A stretch of 64,000 nucleotides of DNA from Octopus vulgaris (Eukaryota). Below are positions 12,301 to 27,900 of the stretch, in pieces (the first letter of the stretch is position 1; each line of letters opens with the position of its first letter). Where the stretch lies: NCBI GenBank assembly GCA_951406725.2, contig OX597824.1, positions 99,448,001-99,512,000 on the forward strand, in the 5' to 3' direction. The translations under genes and the position numbers were made by a program. The notes below the pieces were generated by a model. It was not told the origin of the DNA. It made no database searches and saw only the letters and a list, made by a program, of their open reading frames with translations.

Positions 12301-15300
12301 AGAATTAGACAAGGGAAGGAAGACTGAAAGCTTAAAGAACCATCAAACAGTTAGAGAGATTCAGAGAAATTCTACTTGAAGCATTTGACATGAAGGAAGA
12401 AGAGATGGAAATTTACAGCATGGAAGACCACATGGAAGACCACATAGAAAACGGACGCTAAATGATGATGAAGACAACTGAGAGTTGAATTCCTCTGAGA
12501 CACTGCACTGAGGGCACCAAACCAGATCTATGAATGTTGTAAGGCTGCTGCCAGATGGAAGAATGACATGAGACTGGAATAGTGCAGTAGACAGAGGCTA
12601 TAGAAGCTAAGAACAGTCCAGAATAAGCCAGGAAGGAAGGAGCCTGAAGAGAATTATATAAAGTAACAAGAAATGTAGTTAGTGAGGGGAGAAGCAGAAA
12701 GTAAAAGGTTTGGCAAAATTCTGTGGCATGAAGTGTTTTGAAAATAAAGCAGAAAATTAGAAAATGAAAACCTTGTTGGATTTGAAATGGCAATGGCATA
12801 CCTTCTCTTACAACAGTAAGAAAGATGCATTGAAAGGCTATTAAAAGAGATTACTAAACAAAAGGTGTCGACACAACAGAGTGTGTGTGCGTGTGAGGGT
12901 AATCCATTTAAGCAGTATGGTAGATAAAGTAATTAAAGATATGAAGATAGGAAAGGTACCTGGTCTATGAGGGATGGCCAGCGACATGATTAAAATATCT
13001 AGTGGAGTAGGGCAGAGTTGATCAGGTAGTACAAGAAGACATCAGAATGAAATAAATGCAGTAGAAGAACTTGACTAAGAGCATGCTCTATATTTAGTAT
13101 TTGTTGATTTGGAGAAGAGTTGGGTTGGCATGCTCTGTAATCTGGTCATCACTGATGTCGATTAATAGACTGTGAGAAGTGTACAAACCATGTAAAAGGC
13201 ATATCCAGGAATGAAGTCAGGGATTCCTCAGTCCTCACTCACTTCTATTTATTATTTTGTCCAACAGCAGTACAAGGTTAACTCTCGTATGTTGATGACT
13301 TCACACACAATAAAGCTGGATATATCTATATTAAACAGGGAAAGACTTTCGCTGCAGTAACTGTTTTGGAAGGGAAATTCTCCTTAAAGACAGTGTATTG
13401 AATGACAGCTTTAGCTTGCTGCCAATGAAGTGTAACATCACAGAAATACATATCCCACAGTCTAATAGTGCCGTTTATAGCCCAGATTAGTGTATTTTCA
13501 CACTGTCTATAAAGAGAATTTCTCTCTCAAGACAGTTACCACAGCAAAGATTTTTTCTTGTTTGAGTGTGCACAAACATCTCTATATATATAAAAGGCAG
13601 TTTGTCTGTCTGTCTGTGCGTGTGCCTGTCAGGTTGTACCCTCACCCTGACCACGGCTTTCAACCGATTCTGATGAAACTTGACACACACATAGCCCAAT
13701 GTCATAATTCAAAACTAACATAGCGAAATTTTTGAAAAGTTCCCCCAGTTCTGAAAAAAATCGATAAATTCGACATGGGGTCGAGAATCTAAGCTTTTCA
13801 TACGCAACACATTTTCTGTTGTAGTTTTCGCAACTTGCAATCGATTTTCACCAAACTCATGGTGAAGCTTAATGTTACCCTAAGGAACTTAATTCTGACA
13901 TTAGCTTTCCATGCAATACCTTACCATCAGAAAAAAATCGATAAAATCATGCCATTTTGGGAAATCGCGTTCAAATTCAAGATGATATATTTTCGACAAT
14001 ATCTTTAACAAATTGGCAGGAATTTTTTTTGAAATTCACAGCGAGCATCATGTCTGCTCCAAGTAGCTATATGGCCCTTTTGATTCCAATAGGATACGTT
14101 ATTACTGGAAAAAATCGGTTAATTACATCATATGTGGTACACATAGCAAACCGATCTTTCTGCGATATTTTTTGAAAGTTCACATAGAATTTCCCTACAC
14201 CGATGTTGGACATCAAGTTTGCATTAAATGTCAAACTAACGACCTTTTGTCAATGCAGTTAACAAGTATTGGGAGAAATCGACAAAACCATATCACTTTG
14301 AGACCGACCATGATTTTACAAAATAACGGTTCAATGAGTACAAAAAAGGGTAAAAAGGTAAAGGGCATTGCTTATCGACAAAGTTTCTTACATACCCGGG
14401 CAACGCCGGGCTATGTTGCTAGTGTTTAATATAAACGTATATAGCTTTAGCTTTATTGATCACCATTTTATGTGGTTTTAATTGATTAGTTCTTATAGCC
14501 AAATCTATTGGAAGCAAAATCAAGAGCAAGGACTAAATTTCAATTGGCAGAAAAGAAGGAGAAACCTGCTACGATAAGGAAATGGCAGTGTTTATTTAAT
14601 TTGGAGAAAAGGTGTAAAATATGGATAAACAAGGTGTAGTGAAATGAAAGAAGATAGGGTTTCATATGTGGCAGGAATACAGGAGGACTTATTAGTTGGA
14701 ATAGAGAGGGAAATATACTGTTTGGAATACTTGGAAAGCTTGTGAGTGAGTGATTGATTGAGTGAGTGAGTGATTGAGTGAGTGAGTGAGTGAGAGAGTG
14801 AGTGAGTGAGAGAGATGAATAGCAATATGAATGATCAATGGTCAGAAAGTTTAAGGGAGGTCAAGAGTGAATGACCTGGCAGGTAGGGAGTGAGGGAGGG
14901 AGGCAAGTGCTTCCATCATACTCAATCTTCTGTAATTCCTCTGTTGGTCATGTTACCTTAAACGAATAGACTTAATACAGAGTAGTGAGGACTTGTTTGT
15001 CTTGTGCTAGTGCTCTGATAAAAACACATGCAATGCACTTTCTAAAATGGTTGAGGAATGAACAGAGAAAATATAGTCAAAACGACCACTTTAGTGGATA
15101 CGACAGCCTTTCTAGTGCTGGTGGTTTCACAATATGTCACTGTTACACTTTGTAAAGTGATTGATAGGGCATGTCTAAATAGAACACAGAGCAAGACATG
15201 GTCCCTGCAACCCATCTAGGAGAGCAGTAACTCTGAACAAGAGCTGATTGCGATGACTCCCCTAACTCATGCCAACATGGAAAGTGGATAGTAAAACGAT

Positions 15301-18300
15301 GATGTCAACACAAAGTAAATCTAGGGATGCAGCAGACTAGAGACAAACGAAACTATTTTAGAGTTTGCTTACAAATTGTTTCTTTTTGTCAGCTTCTAGT
15401 TTAGATAATTCATTCTTGCCAGCAATCATCTCTTCTTCATTGTATGTGAAGTCTCGAACAGAAAACCTGCAACGAATAAATAAATCCACCTTTAAAGACA
15501 AAATATTAACGAAGAATATTTTAAACAAAATGAAGCAGAAATTTTAATTCAATAATTTATATTTCTTCTGCAAATTAATATTGTTTCTTCTCTCAACTAT
15601 CAATATGGAATAAAGTTAGTAACAGTCAGAATGGAACCAGAACGGTGAAAGTGAGACCACAATAACAGTCAAAGGACAGCCACTGCACATTGGACACAAT
15701 TTCCATTACTGACAAATTAAGTGGCAAAGTGGTTAAGAATGTAACCTGCATTAGAAATAGAGGTTCTAGGTTCAAATCCAGTCATGAAAAATATGTAAAA
15801 AAGAAAACACGTGAAGTTAATCGGAGGGCAGTTTTTGCTTCAGTAATGGTGTACATTAGTAATTCTTAACCATTTTTTACCTATGGACCCCTCTGATTCT
15901 TATTTTACTTGGGTGGGACCTAATAGTCATTCACAATGTAAAAAATCCTTTTATATTTTTGTAATTAAATATCATTAGGAATTGCAGAAGAAAATTGTTT
16001 AAATCTTTTGTGGATTGTAGAAGTGTAACCCAATTTATTGCAGATAAATTTTAACAAATCTTGTCTGAAAAACACAATATGGAAAATCTAAAATAGTTGA
16101 GCAATCTATGAGACTTAGAGGGAGGCATTAATGAAAAGTTTATCTTAATTAATCAGCATTTCATTTCTTTTAAATTAGTGTAAACATTTGAACCCTTCAG
16201 CGAGTAAGGGGTCAGAAGATTGTAAAAGAGAATTAGAAATGTAAAAGTAATCACAGATTTCTTGAGATTGATGTGATTAATGAGAGTGATGTGACCGATA
16301 TGATTGATGTTTCCTTTGAAGAGTTGCAAGTTGATGGCTAATTCCTGAGGGATGAATTTCAGGGGAAGAAAGATTGGATATATTGATGAGAAGAGAAGAG
16401 GTAAGTGAGTGGAGAGTGTCAGAATGGAGGTGGAAGAAGAGGTGAGTGGAGGTAGGAAAAGAGGCAAGTGAGTGGAGAGTGTTTGACTGGAGGTAGAAGA
16501 AGAGATGAGTGGAGAATGTATGAGTGGAGGTGGAAGAAGACCAGCTGCTGTGAGGAGCAGAGGCCACATTAGTAGCAGTAGAAAAGGTAGCAAGAAGAGA
16601 CACAACAGGTCCAGAGGTTGGAATGGGTTTATAAGTGGCCTTTCTTTAGATGTGGTTAAGGATCTCTGTAATGGTAATGCAGTTCTAACTGTGGGAGCTG
16701 CAGCGCTCAGCTGTGGCCCCTTACATGAGTTTTTATAGATTTTGTTAATGGAGGACAAAGTATTTTTGGGTTGGGAAGAAGAAGGCCAGAGTCTGTGGAA
16801 CTTTTTACTATGTTCAGTGTGTTATTTTTGGTAACAAAAAGTAGAGAGATGAAGCAGTTGTAGCAAACCTGAAGGTTCTACTTTCCTGATGCTCTTGGAG
16901 AGCAAACCTCAAATAGATATGGTTTTATGAAAATAATACTGCAGAGATTAGGGGAGGGGGATGATCAGAAGTCATGGAGATACTAGTTATAAAAAGATGT
17001 CACCATCACCATTGAGTCAGTGCAATAGGGTGACAGTAGGTAGGACCAGAGGGGTTCCTTTTCTTGGGATTAGGGCATACAACATAGCAGGGATATGTAT
17101 ATATATCTATATATATATATGGAGAGAGAGAGAGAGAGAAAAGATTAATAAAGAATGTGCCAGCTTTGGGGTGCAGTGTTTGAGGGCAATAGAAGGGATT
17201 GATGGGGCTGGTAGCATTGATATGGTTTGAAATTACTCTGCATGTATGGGTGGCTGGAGGTTAGTCTACTAGTGGACTGGACAGAATTTACCAACTCTGT
17301 TGTTGTTGTGTGTTTATAGTTGGATGCCATAAAAGTAGCTAATGTAGTGGCTTTCTTTGCAGGAATACTGCTTACAGAATCATCATGGTTATGAAGTGGA
17401 GGAAAGGAAGAATGCACAAAGTTGGCAAAGATTTTTTGAATAAGAAGCAAAAGAATCAGTTGTAGTTTGTGAGGCAGGAGAGCTTGGAGGCTGAGCAATT
17501 GACAGAGGCATCATTTGAGTTTTAGATGATGATCTTGCAGGAATTGTGAGGCTGGGTGAAGCTGTTCCCTTGGAAAGGAATAACAAGAGAAAGTGTTGTC
17601 AATTGTGTTATCTTACTTGCATTCCCGGCAGTGATGTTTGAATTCATCTGCAACTCGTTTAAAGAGTGTCACCGACACTAAAAGACTGTCTCCATCATCA
17701 AACAGAACTCTACAATAAAACAAGATACAATTAAATACATTTTAAATTTTGATTTTTCAGCCAAGGAAAAAGCAATTTACAACACACACAGCCTTAAATT
17801 AGTTATTTCATCAGCACAAACGCAAGAGAACAATAGTTAGCACCCACACACAAATATATGTTCATATAATCTATAAGTAGACCTTTCATACATACATTGT
17901 TCTATAATGGTTCATACAACATACTTTATAAGCTAAGTCTCACAAATAGTTTTTCTTTAAAAGCCAAAGAGTCACAGTCTCACCATCTCTACAGTGATCA
18001 AGTCTGGGACGAATGTCAGCTTGTATAATCAAGCATAATTATTTGTAACTTGATACAATAAAGGATCTGTTGTGGTTGAGCATCCATATGCATTTGCAAC
18101 ATCTATTGCACGGTTCCAAACAATAATTGTAAAACACATATAAGAACTTTAATATGAACTCGTGTCTGTCCTTATTCTTCATGTATGTGTGCATGCATGT
18201 ATGCATATGTACGTATGTATGTATGTATCTATCTTGTAATCCTGCCTAACATTATCTCCCTTTTATGAACTGTCCACTAGGGAACAAAACTTGCTTGAAA

Positions 18301-21300
18301 AACTTTGAATTGATCCATTTAAACCGTTGATGATCGTCAAGACATTATGTATACAAAGAGATGTCTCTTCCATAATATAACAAGGGATTATTATTATGGA
18401 ACACCAGCTTGAAACCAATACCTACACCTCAAGGAATATATTCTATGAATTTTTTCCATACTGTAATTATTTTCCATATCTAAGAAATGTCTTGCTTCAT
18501 AAAATATTTAATTAATAAAGTTCAGGTTATAGCATGCTGATGGTTTCTAAAAAGAATGAAATGGCGCTATGCATAATTACTACTGACTACAAATTTTAAT
18601 GATATTGTAATAAATAAACAAAAATTATATTTGTGTATTCTATGCATCTTTTTCCTTATTTCTTCATTTCAATTCAAACTTCTAACCCTCATATCTCCCT
18701 CATATTAACTGTCTGCTAGAAGACACATGTATTTTTATATATATATATATATATATCACACTGTTTCAATTATCTCTCTCTTGCAGCACCTACTTATCAT
18801 TCTCCCTTTCTCTTTCCCCCTTTTGCCTTCAAGATATGAATAGCCATGCCAGCCACTCTACAGGAACCTGCTCTGCTTCCCACCTAAACCTCTCATAGTT
18901 ATTTATACTTTTATCTGCTGGCATGGAGTTGACCCCACCTCACCACCACCAGGCTTGTGGACCTGCAAACTGCATGTCAACTGCAATAGTGCAGGTGGCA
19001 AAAAAAGAAAAAAAGGCACCTGGTACATAATGTAAAGTGATTGGTATTATGGAAGGATATCTAATCATAAAATCCATGCCAAAGCATCCAGCCTACACCA
19101 GCATGGAACATGGATGCTAAATGATGATGATAATACATATATATATATATATATCATCAGTAGCTCGAGCAATAATAAATTTTTTAGGAAGTTGATTGTT
19201 ATAGTTGATCAGACAGTGATCATTGGTTTTGCACCTATAAAGCGCTTAGCTGTATAGGCAATTTGAGTAGAATAAAAACCACAAGATATTTTTGTTTATT
19301 CTATAAAAGCTAACAAACAACAACATTACTAAAGTACGGCTAACTGAGACATACTTGCTGGAACGTGGAACGACCATGTCTGTCAATGTCTCGTACTTGA
19401 TTTGCCAATCTTGATTATTATTTCTGAAGTAGAAAAACAAAAATGTTAACAAAAATATAAAACGTTTTTGGAAAGGAAAGACTAAGAAAAGTTGAAGAGG
19501 AACATATTTTTACCAAAAAGGAATCAATAGATATGAAGTATTAACGAATGTGTAGGAAAATGTTGATGCAAGAGAATGGAGACATGATGATGTACAACAA
19601 TATATAACGTGTAATAGTGTATTAAAGAGGTGATGAAATACGGCAATGTATTATTATTATAGATATGTTTGTGATATTATATAAGATTGTAATACAGACG
19701 TGGCATAACAGTGTGTTTGTATGTGATATAAAAGTGATATAAGTGTGGTATGGTTGTGTAAAATAATGAATTTCTCTTACTTTGGAATAACAACCAACAA
19801 CGTTGTAAGATACTCAGAGTCAAGCACAAAGTCAGCTTTCTTGACAATATCAGCTAAATTGCGGGTCAACAGACTTCCACTGAAATGGAAAGTAAAGTAG
19901 AATGTGGTGGGCAGGATTGGAAAGTAGAGTGGTGTAGAGTAAAATGCAGTAATATTTACACATATTTACTTATATTTACTAACTCACATCACAAGAGATG
20001 TTAGTCCATATTTTACTGAAAGATAATTTTTGCTGTTGTTGTTGTTAAAGTCAACATAATGTTGTTATTATCAGCAAAATAATGTTTTCTTATTAGAAAT
20101 ATTGGGACTTACGTGGCTTTCCTTTCCAGATTCTGGAGGTTTCCTTTCAAGCTGTTGTAAGCATTAGATTTAGTCTTCAAGTCTGATTCCACCTGAGACA
20201 CTTGCTGGAAATATATCAATATATCATCATCATGATAATAATATCAACATATACACACACATGCACACACACACACACACAGAGGAAAATTGGTGACGAA
20301 TAGTGAATTCTAGAACAAAAACAAAAGCAACAAAAGTCAAATCCATGGAAACAGTGAATATGTTGAATGTTTGATGAAAGTTTTAGATGGAAAATTATAA
20401 GTGAAACTATGATGTTTCAAGCATGGCTCTTTGTTGGATAGGTGAAGAGAATCTAGAGAAAACGAGGAAGGAACAGAAAAACAGGAGAACAGCACATGAG
20501 TCGCTACATGGTCAAAGAAAAGAAGAAATTAATATTGGTTTCAAATTTTGGTACAAGGCTAGCAATTTCAGGGGAGTGGGTAAGTCGATTACATCAACCC
20601 CCAGTATGCAACTGGTACTTATTCTATCAACCCCGAGAGGATGAAAGGTAAAACTGACCTTGGTGGAATTTGAACTCAGATGTAAAGATGGATGAAATGC
20701 CACTAAGTATTTCACCTGGTGTGCTAACAGTTCCATCAAGGTCGTTGCCAGTGCAGGTGGCACGTAAAAAACACCATTTGAGCATGGCCGTTGCCAGTAC
20801 CGACCGACTGGCCCTCGTGCAAGTGGCACTTAAGAGCACCCACTACACTCCTGGAGTGGTTGGCGTTAGGAAGGGCATCCAGTTGTAGAAACTCTGCCAG
20901 ATCAGGTTGGAGCCTGGTGAAGCCATCTGGCTCGCCAGTCCTCAATCAAACCGTTCAACCCATGCCAGTATGGAAAGCGGATGTTAAATGATGATGATGA
21001 TAAAAATGTGATATATCAATTTGTTGCATCATTCATAGCATATTGCCAATAGTTTTAGTCATGTCTGCATAATGCACATTATTGCATAAATTTGTCACTG
21101 AATCCCTGAAACAGCTGTAAAGCATTACCATGGATTTTCTTCTTTTTTCTTAATGGTATTTTTGCTTATGTAACATATGTATATCAATTTGTAAAAGTCT
21201 ACACTGGACTATCTTCGTTCTTTCTGCTTAACTGTGAATGCATCTATGTAACTTATTTATAAATGTTTTGATGTTTGTCCATTTTTAGCTTTATTTTAAT

Positions 21301-21837
21301 CAGCTCAAGCTATGCGTTTCTTAAAACAAAACTCTTGTTCCGCTGGACTACAACCCTTATGATTAGAAAATTGAATTTTAAGAATTCAATCTGGTTTGAC
21401 CAATGATCAAGTCCTTATCTATCGTACATTTGTGATATTCTCACTCATTTTATATATATATCTATTATATATATATATATCTATCCCAGTTGAACTGTCC
21501 AACCCATGCCAGCATGGAAAATGGACATTAAACAATGATGATGAATCTGAAATGTATAGTATTATATTTCTATCACGGCTGATCTTACTAATCAGTTTTG
21601 CGCAAGGAATACAATGGAGTGTTAGGTAACAATCTGATTATATAACCTTACACTCATCAGAGTTAGCCAATATGGAAGGGAATATGGTGATTGTTCTCTA
21701 TTGCTTGTATGAAATTGATTGATAAGAATGGTCATGATGGATTTATAATACTGTACATTTTGGGTAACACACCCACTCTATTAACAGATATATGAGTGCA
21801 TCTTTACCGTGGCTTATGGACTCTTAGACAACTCATG

Positions 21838-21881
<44 letters not shown>

Positions 21882-21890
21882 CATGCATAC

Positions 21891-21939
<49 letters not shown>

Positions 21940-24900
21940 AACACACATATATATACACATGTACATACATATCTGTGCCGGTGGCACGTAAAAAGCACCA
22001 ACCGATCGTGGCTGCTGCTAGCCTCCCCTGGCACATAAAAAGCACCCACTACACTCACGGAGTAGTTGGCGTTAGGAAAAGCATCCAGCGGTAGAAACAC
22101 TGCCAGATCAGACTGGAGCCTGGTGCAGCCTCCTGGCTTCCCAGATCCCAGTTGAACCGTTGAACCCGTGCTAGCACAGAAAACGGACGTTAAACAATGA
22201 TGCCATATGTATATACACACACACACATACACACAATATATTTGAATATATAACACCCACCCACTACTACATCTCATAGCTTGAAGTGCCACTTTGACAC
22301 CTCATCACCATTATGTATCTCTTTGGAGAGACCGCCAATCCATTCTTACTCTCTCTCCCCTAAATGTGAGTAACCAGGCAGCTCCTCCACAAAAACCAAC
22401 CATACCCAACCTTTTCTCTCATACCCGAACCTACTTTCTGACAGAAAGACACCCCAACCCTGTTTCTTGCATTTTGTAGACTTGCAAGTTGCTGAGAGAC
22501 CTCAATAGTGCTGGTGGTATGAAAAAAGAATCCTGTACATACTATGAAGGGGTTGGTATTAGGAAGGGCATCTTGGCCAAAGTAGGAATCATGCCAAGGC
22601 AGACACTGAAGCATGATGCAGTCCTTGGACCTATCAGATCCTTGTCAAACTGTCCAACTTCAACATGGAGGAAAAGTAAAGATATTTTTGTAGAAGATTA
22701 TAGCAGAGCAAAACTGTTGGTAGTCTCGAATGGTTAGCAAGAGATACAAGCTTCTTTATAATACATAGAAAAGGGGAGGGAGCAAGCTGTTTCAATATGT
22801 TTCTCTAAAATGGCATTTGTAGAGGAAATGGAAACTATGTTTGATTAATTGTAATTGGAGATAAGAATGAATTACCTTTGAGATGATTTCAGCAATGTTA
22901 CGTAATGACTGCTTGATTGGATATTTAGCAAGATCCCACTGGAACCGTGACAGGTAAGTAACAAGGTCAACTGTAAATAGATCAAATGGTACTAGTTTGA
23001 CACTATACAATAGTAAAGACACATAATATATAGTTAAATAATATAGTATATAACAGTAAAGACAGTATATAATTAAACAATATTGTATACGGCAGTTGAG
23101 ACAGATAGCATATAATTAAATAATATCGTTAATAACAGAATCTATCCGACTCCTTCCCTCCTTCGTTACAGAATATCAAAAATGGTTTTAATGAATCATT
23201 AACATTGTTAAAACATTAAAATATCGTTTTAAAGAAAATCATATTTTTTTGTATTTATTGAAGATCTTAAAATCTATTTTAAAATAAATGATTAGATATT
23301 TAACCAACTGAATAACAAGAAAGAAGCGATACTGAACCAGTGTATATGTTTATCATTATTGGCATAAAGGAAAAAGACCCCATCCAGTCATGAATGACCA
23401 TGGGATTGCACCTAGGAAGTTCCCCTCCTAGGCACAAGTCAGAGCAAGGTTGTTTATGGAAGACCAACAGTCAGCCATGCATACCAGCCCCCTCTCTCCA
23501 TGCCACTGATATTATCCAAGGGAAAGGCAAAGGGGCCGATACAGCTTAACACTAGTGATGTTGCAACTCATTTCTACAGCTGAGTGGAACTGGAGCAACG
23601 TGAAATAAAGTGTCTTGCTCAAGAGCACAACACACAGTCCAGTCCAGGAATCGAACTCACTACCTCATGATTGTGAGTCCGATGATCTAACCACTGAGCT
23701 GAACCTCCCAAGACACAACAAGATTTCTAAATACATTTTGATAATGATAGTGATGATGATGAAGTTTATCTGTTGCTAAGTTGTTTAGCTCTGTAAATAT
23801 GCAGTTGATGTTACAAAAACTGGGTCTTTGGATCCACAAAGGCTACATTCCGTAAAAGAAGATATTTTAAATAAGAAGTATCAACTATCTCAATGAGAAA
23901 GATGTGGGATTAATTGGTAAATTAATTAGAAAGATATAAACCAATAGGAAAAGCAGGTTTCAAAGTTTCCAGCATGAGAAATGACTTGGTCAATCAAATA
24001 TGATTCAGGAAGCAAAGATTGGTCAAAAATACAAATCACTTTTCTTATTTAGATTAACATGGAAACATTTCTCAAAAATAAATATTACCATTAACGGTGA
24101 TGATGATTTTTACTGGAGAAAGAGAGAAAAATGTCAAATTCTAAATATTTTGGAGTAAACATAAAAATAATCAAGACACAGATTATCAACATAAAAAAAT
24201 AATAAATGAAAAAATTATTTTAATTAGGTCATTTATATTAAAATTTAAAATGAAACAGTAATTAATGTCATATAAGTGCAGAATAATATATATTTGGGTT
24301 TGGGTCTTACCTCCACCGGCTTTGAGGTTCTCACGGAGGTTTTCTCTTTGATTTTCCAGGACCTCACCAAGGTAATGGGCCAATTTTCGTGTTACCCTGC
24401 AATAATCACAAGACAATATAATGTGTCCCTAAGTATTTTACTTTCAGTGGTTGGCTGACAGAACAGTTTCTGGAATTTCAAAATGACCCCTGCTGGTGGC
24501 ACGTAAAATGCACCCACTACACTCTCAGAGTGGTTGGCATTAGGAAGGACATCCAGCTGTAGAAACATTGACAAATGAAACTGGAGCCTGGTGCAGCTGC
24601 GGATTCTCCAGACCTCACTCAAACCATCCAACCCATGCCATCATGGAAAATGGACATTAAACGATGATGATGATGATGATGGTGATGATGCTGGCAACCA
24701 AAATTTAAATCTTATTTGTTGTTGTTTAATGTTGTTAATCATCAACAATGCTTTAATATGGCAATATTTCAGGAGATATATCAACCGAGATGTTTAAACC
24801 TTTAGCATTTAAACTGGCCACATCCAGCCAAAATATTCCTGCTGTTTTATGTTCAAATTGGCCAGATCTGGCTTCTCACACCAATCCTACAACTTCATTC

Positions 24901-27900
24901 TAGTTACCTTATCAAAATCTCATAGCTACAAGATAATTCATGGTTAATTCAAAACAATGTGAATAAAAAAATATTTCTTCGAAAAATGCTAATACTAAAG
25001 GGTTAGACATTCTTTAAGTTCACATTAAAAAATGGTTTTCTTAAATCAGTCATTTTGTTTGATAGAAAGAAGAACATATTTTAGTAGATCATCATCATCA
25101 TCATCATTTAACATCAGTTCTCACCATGCTGGCAAGGTGAGAGCTGCACCAGACTCCAATCTGATTCGGTATGGTTTCTACAGCTGGATGCCACATGTAG
25201 AAACAACCACATACAAGATCCCTTTCAAAAGCAACAACACCCTAGCCTCCCTGCTATAAACAACTTCAGTTTATATTGATCAAAGGCACAAGCTATGTGG
25301 TTAAGAAACCTGCTCCCCAACCATGTGGTCTCAGGTTCAATCTCACTGCATGGCACCTTGAACAAATGTCTTCTATTATAGCTCTGAGTCAATCAAAGTC
25401 TTGTGAATAGATTTGGCAGTTGATGGAAACTGCACAAAGTCCATCATAAGTGTGTGTGTGTGTGTGTGTGTGTGTGACCCTTGTCTTGACATCATGTGTT
25501 GTAAACAAGCATCGCTGTGATGTTCATTTCCATTCCTCCTTATAACTAAGGAGTTTAAGATTGGTTACCTGTAGAAACTCCTATATATTGATGACCTGGT
25601 CCTTACAGGAGAGGAGAAAATCCAAATATGGAACCCAGAGGTCTCAAAATAAACTTAGCAAAGACCAATGGAGTCATCAGGCATTTCATCCAAGATAGTC
25701 AACGTAATCTATGGGTGCCTAACAGATGCAGTCGTATCAGAAGCAGGTTTAAAGTGAATAAAGAATTTTACATGTTGCGGATGTACAGGAGTGAGCTAGA
25801 AGTCAGAGTAAAATGCTCAGAAGGTTCCATGGAAGTAGTTGGTAGATTCTGATATACAGGTAAGCTAATCAGGGTTGGAGGGGAAGGGTGTTGTTAAAGC
25901 ATTAATAGCAAGAATTAGAACAGGGTGGGAAAGGCTAAGAGAACTATTGTCTCTGGCCATAGAAGATGTGCAGAGGTTAGAAAGAAATGAAGCAGGCATA
26001 GTACTTGGCATATTCAGGGGAAAAAATGGATATCTTTGGTTAAAATTATCACCTGATAGTGGTTGAGGGCTCATTTGAACCACAATTTTAAGGGCTATCA
26101 GCTAGAACCAAAATTATTTGTTTTTTCTTTGTTTATGGGGGTCTGGGTTCAAATAACCAAATCAGGGAATATCGACCAAAATTGCCTTTTTGGTATTGTG
26201 GCTAAAAATGATTATCTGCAAGATCTCGCCAGCTTTCAAGCAAGGATAACATCCATGACATCTTCAGAAGAATGTCCATCATGTCGCATCCAGCAATTGC
26301 TTTGAAATATCCCAGCTCAAGTAGTTCTGTTTGTGGTGAAGTTGGTCACACAGCCCGTTCTTCAAAACATAAGAACAATCAAGAATCGAATCACTATATT
26401 ACTGACTGGGCCCATCTTACGCATATTTATTGTTTGACATTGTTGTTTCAATATTTGTGAATAAAAAGTGATCAGTTTTCACAGTTTAGTGCAAATGATT
26501 CGGATTTTCTTTGTGAATCATGGAGGAGGGGGGGGTAGACTATGGTAAAGTTTTAATCCAGGGATTTGTTGGGAATATTTTCTTTTTTGTTATCTTGTGT
26601 TCTGGCCCTTCTTAAATTTTGGTTTAAGCAAGGCAAAATCCACCAAGCCAGAGCCTGACCTGCCTAATCAGATGTTTACCCCATAAAATAGGCTAAATAC
26701 AAAAAAAGTGCATTTAAGATCAATTATTTCAAGAAAGTTATTAGTTTTTGAGTCCGTTTTATGTTTCCTGTTTTCATACCTATTTAACCACGTTGGGGGT
26801 CAATAATTACCAATTTTACCCAATTTTGGTCGGTTTTGATGTTTGGTACCCAATTTGGAATTATACTTTCTATGTGGCCTTTTAACCCCTTTCAACTGAT
26901 TTTTTTCTACAGTTTACATAAAATGTTGAGGATGTCAAATATGTTAGCCCCTAATATGTCAAAATTTGTCATTAAAAAAAAATTATCAAGTTTGAGGGTG
27001 TTACAAAAAATTTGGATATTTTTCATACATCCCCTATTTTCTCAAATTTTTCAAATTTTTGTTGGCCTATGCACTCTGGACTGTAGCATGATTGAAAGAC
27101 AATAAAAAAGGCTTCTAAATAAGTTCAAAATCTCTTTTGTGAAAGAAAATATGTTTAAACCTATGATACTCAAAAAAAAAAGAGAAAAAAATATAAATTT
27201 CATTAAATTGGCTGACATTGAGCCGTACAGTATTTGAAACTCAGGATTTTGCTTTGTAATCTCTTGAGTTTAGAGAACTGGAAAATATGCATTTTAAACA
27301 TCTCAGGGAAACTTCCAAAAATGATAAATTCTCATTCTATGTGCATAGAAGGGTTGAGAGAAAAACTGGGAATAAGAGGAATTTGTTGTTGTGTTTAAAA
27401 GAGAGATAACACAGCTGGTATAAACATGTGTATGAAGGATAACAGATGAGTATACAAGAGTTGGGAGGAAGACTAAAGAAAGACATGGACAAAAGTGGTG
27501 AAGGCTAATCTCAGGATGTTGAACCTCATAAAAGAGATGATAAAGAGATACAAGTGTAGGAGAAAATCTGTTCAACTCATGCAACAAGCATGAAAAACGG
27601 ATGGATAATGATGATGAGGATGCTGTCAATATCTCATGTGTATAATTAAGTCTGGAGAATTTGTTTATCAAGACTAAATTGTGTATGTGTGTGTGAGTGA
27701 GAGCAAGAATGAGACAGGTAACATGAAGTTGTATTTAAAGAGGAAGAACTCACCTCTCCACATAGTCATCCAGTTTGCCAAGATCATCAGAGAGTCCCAC
27801 CAACACATCTAAGGTGCCAACCTAGAAGAAAGACAATATTTCCATCATCATCTACTATACATATATGAAGGGTCCATACAAACCCTTTCTCTTTCTCCTC

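Noticed and set aside
15718-15788. tRNA-like sequence with A/B boxes
   Set aside because: No closable cloverleaf; best explained as a SINE head.
16153-16758. 201-aa ORF with a 63-bp imperfect tandem repeat (16398-16520), considered as an alternative V-ATPase exon
   Set aside because: Low complexity, adjacent to a decayed LINE, and the flanking exons already join in frame into a full-length subunit C.
18530-18578. CTGATGG-TTTCTAAAAAGAAT-GAAA hammerhead-like string
   Set aside because: A9 is substituted and stems I and III do not pair in register.
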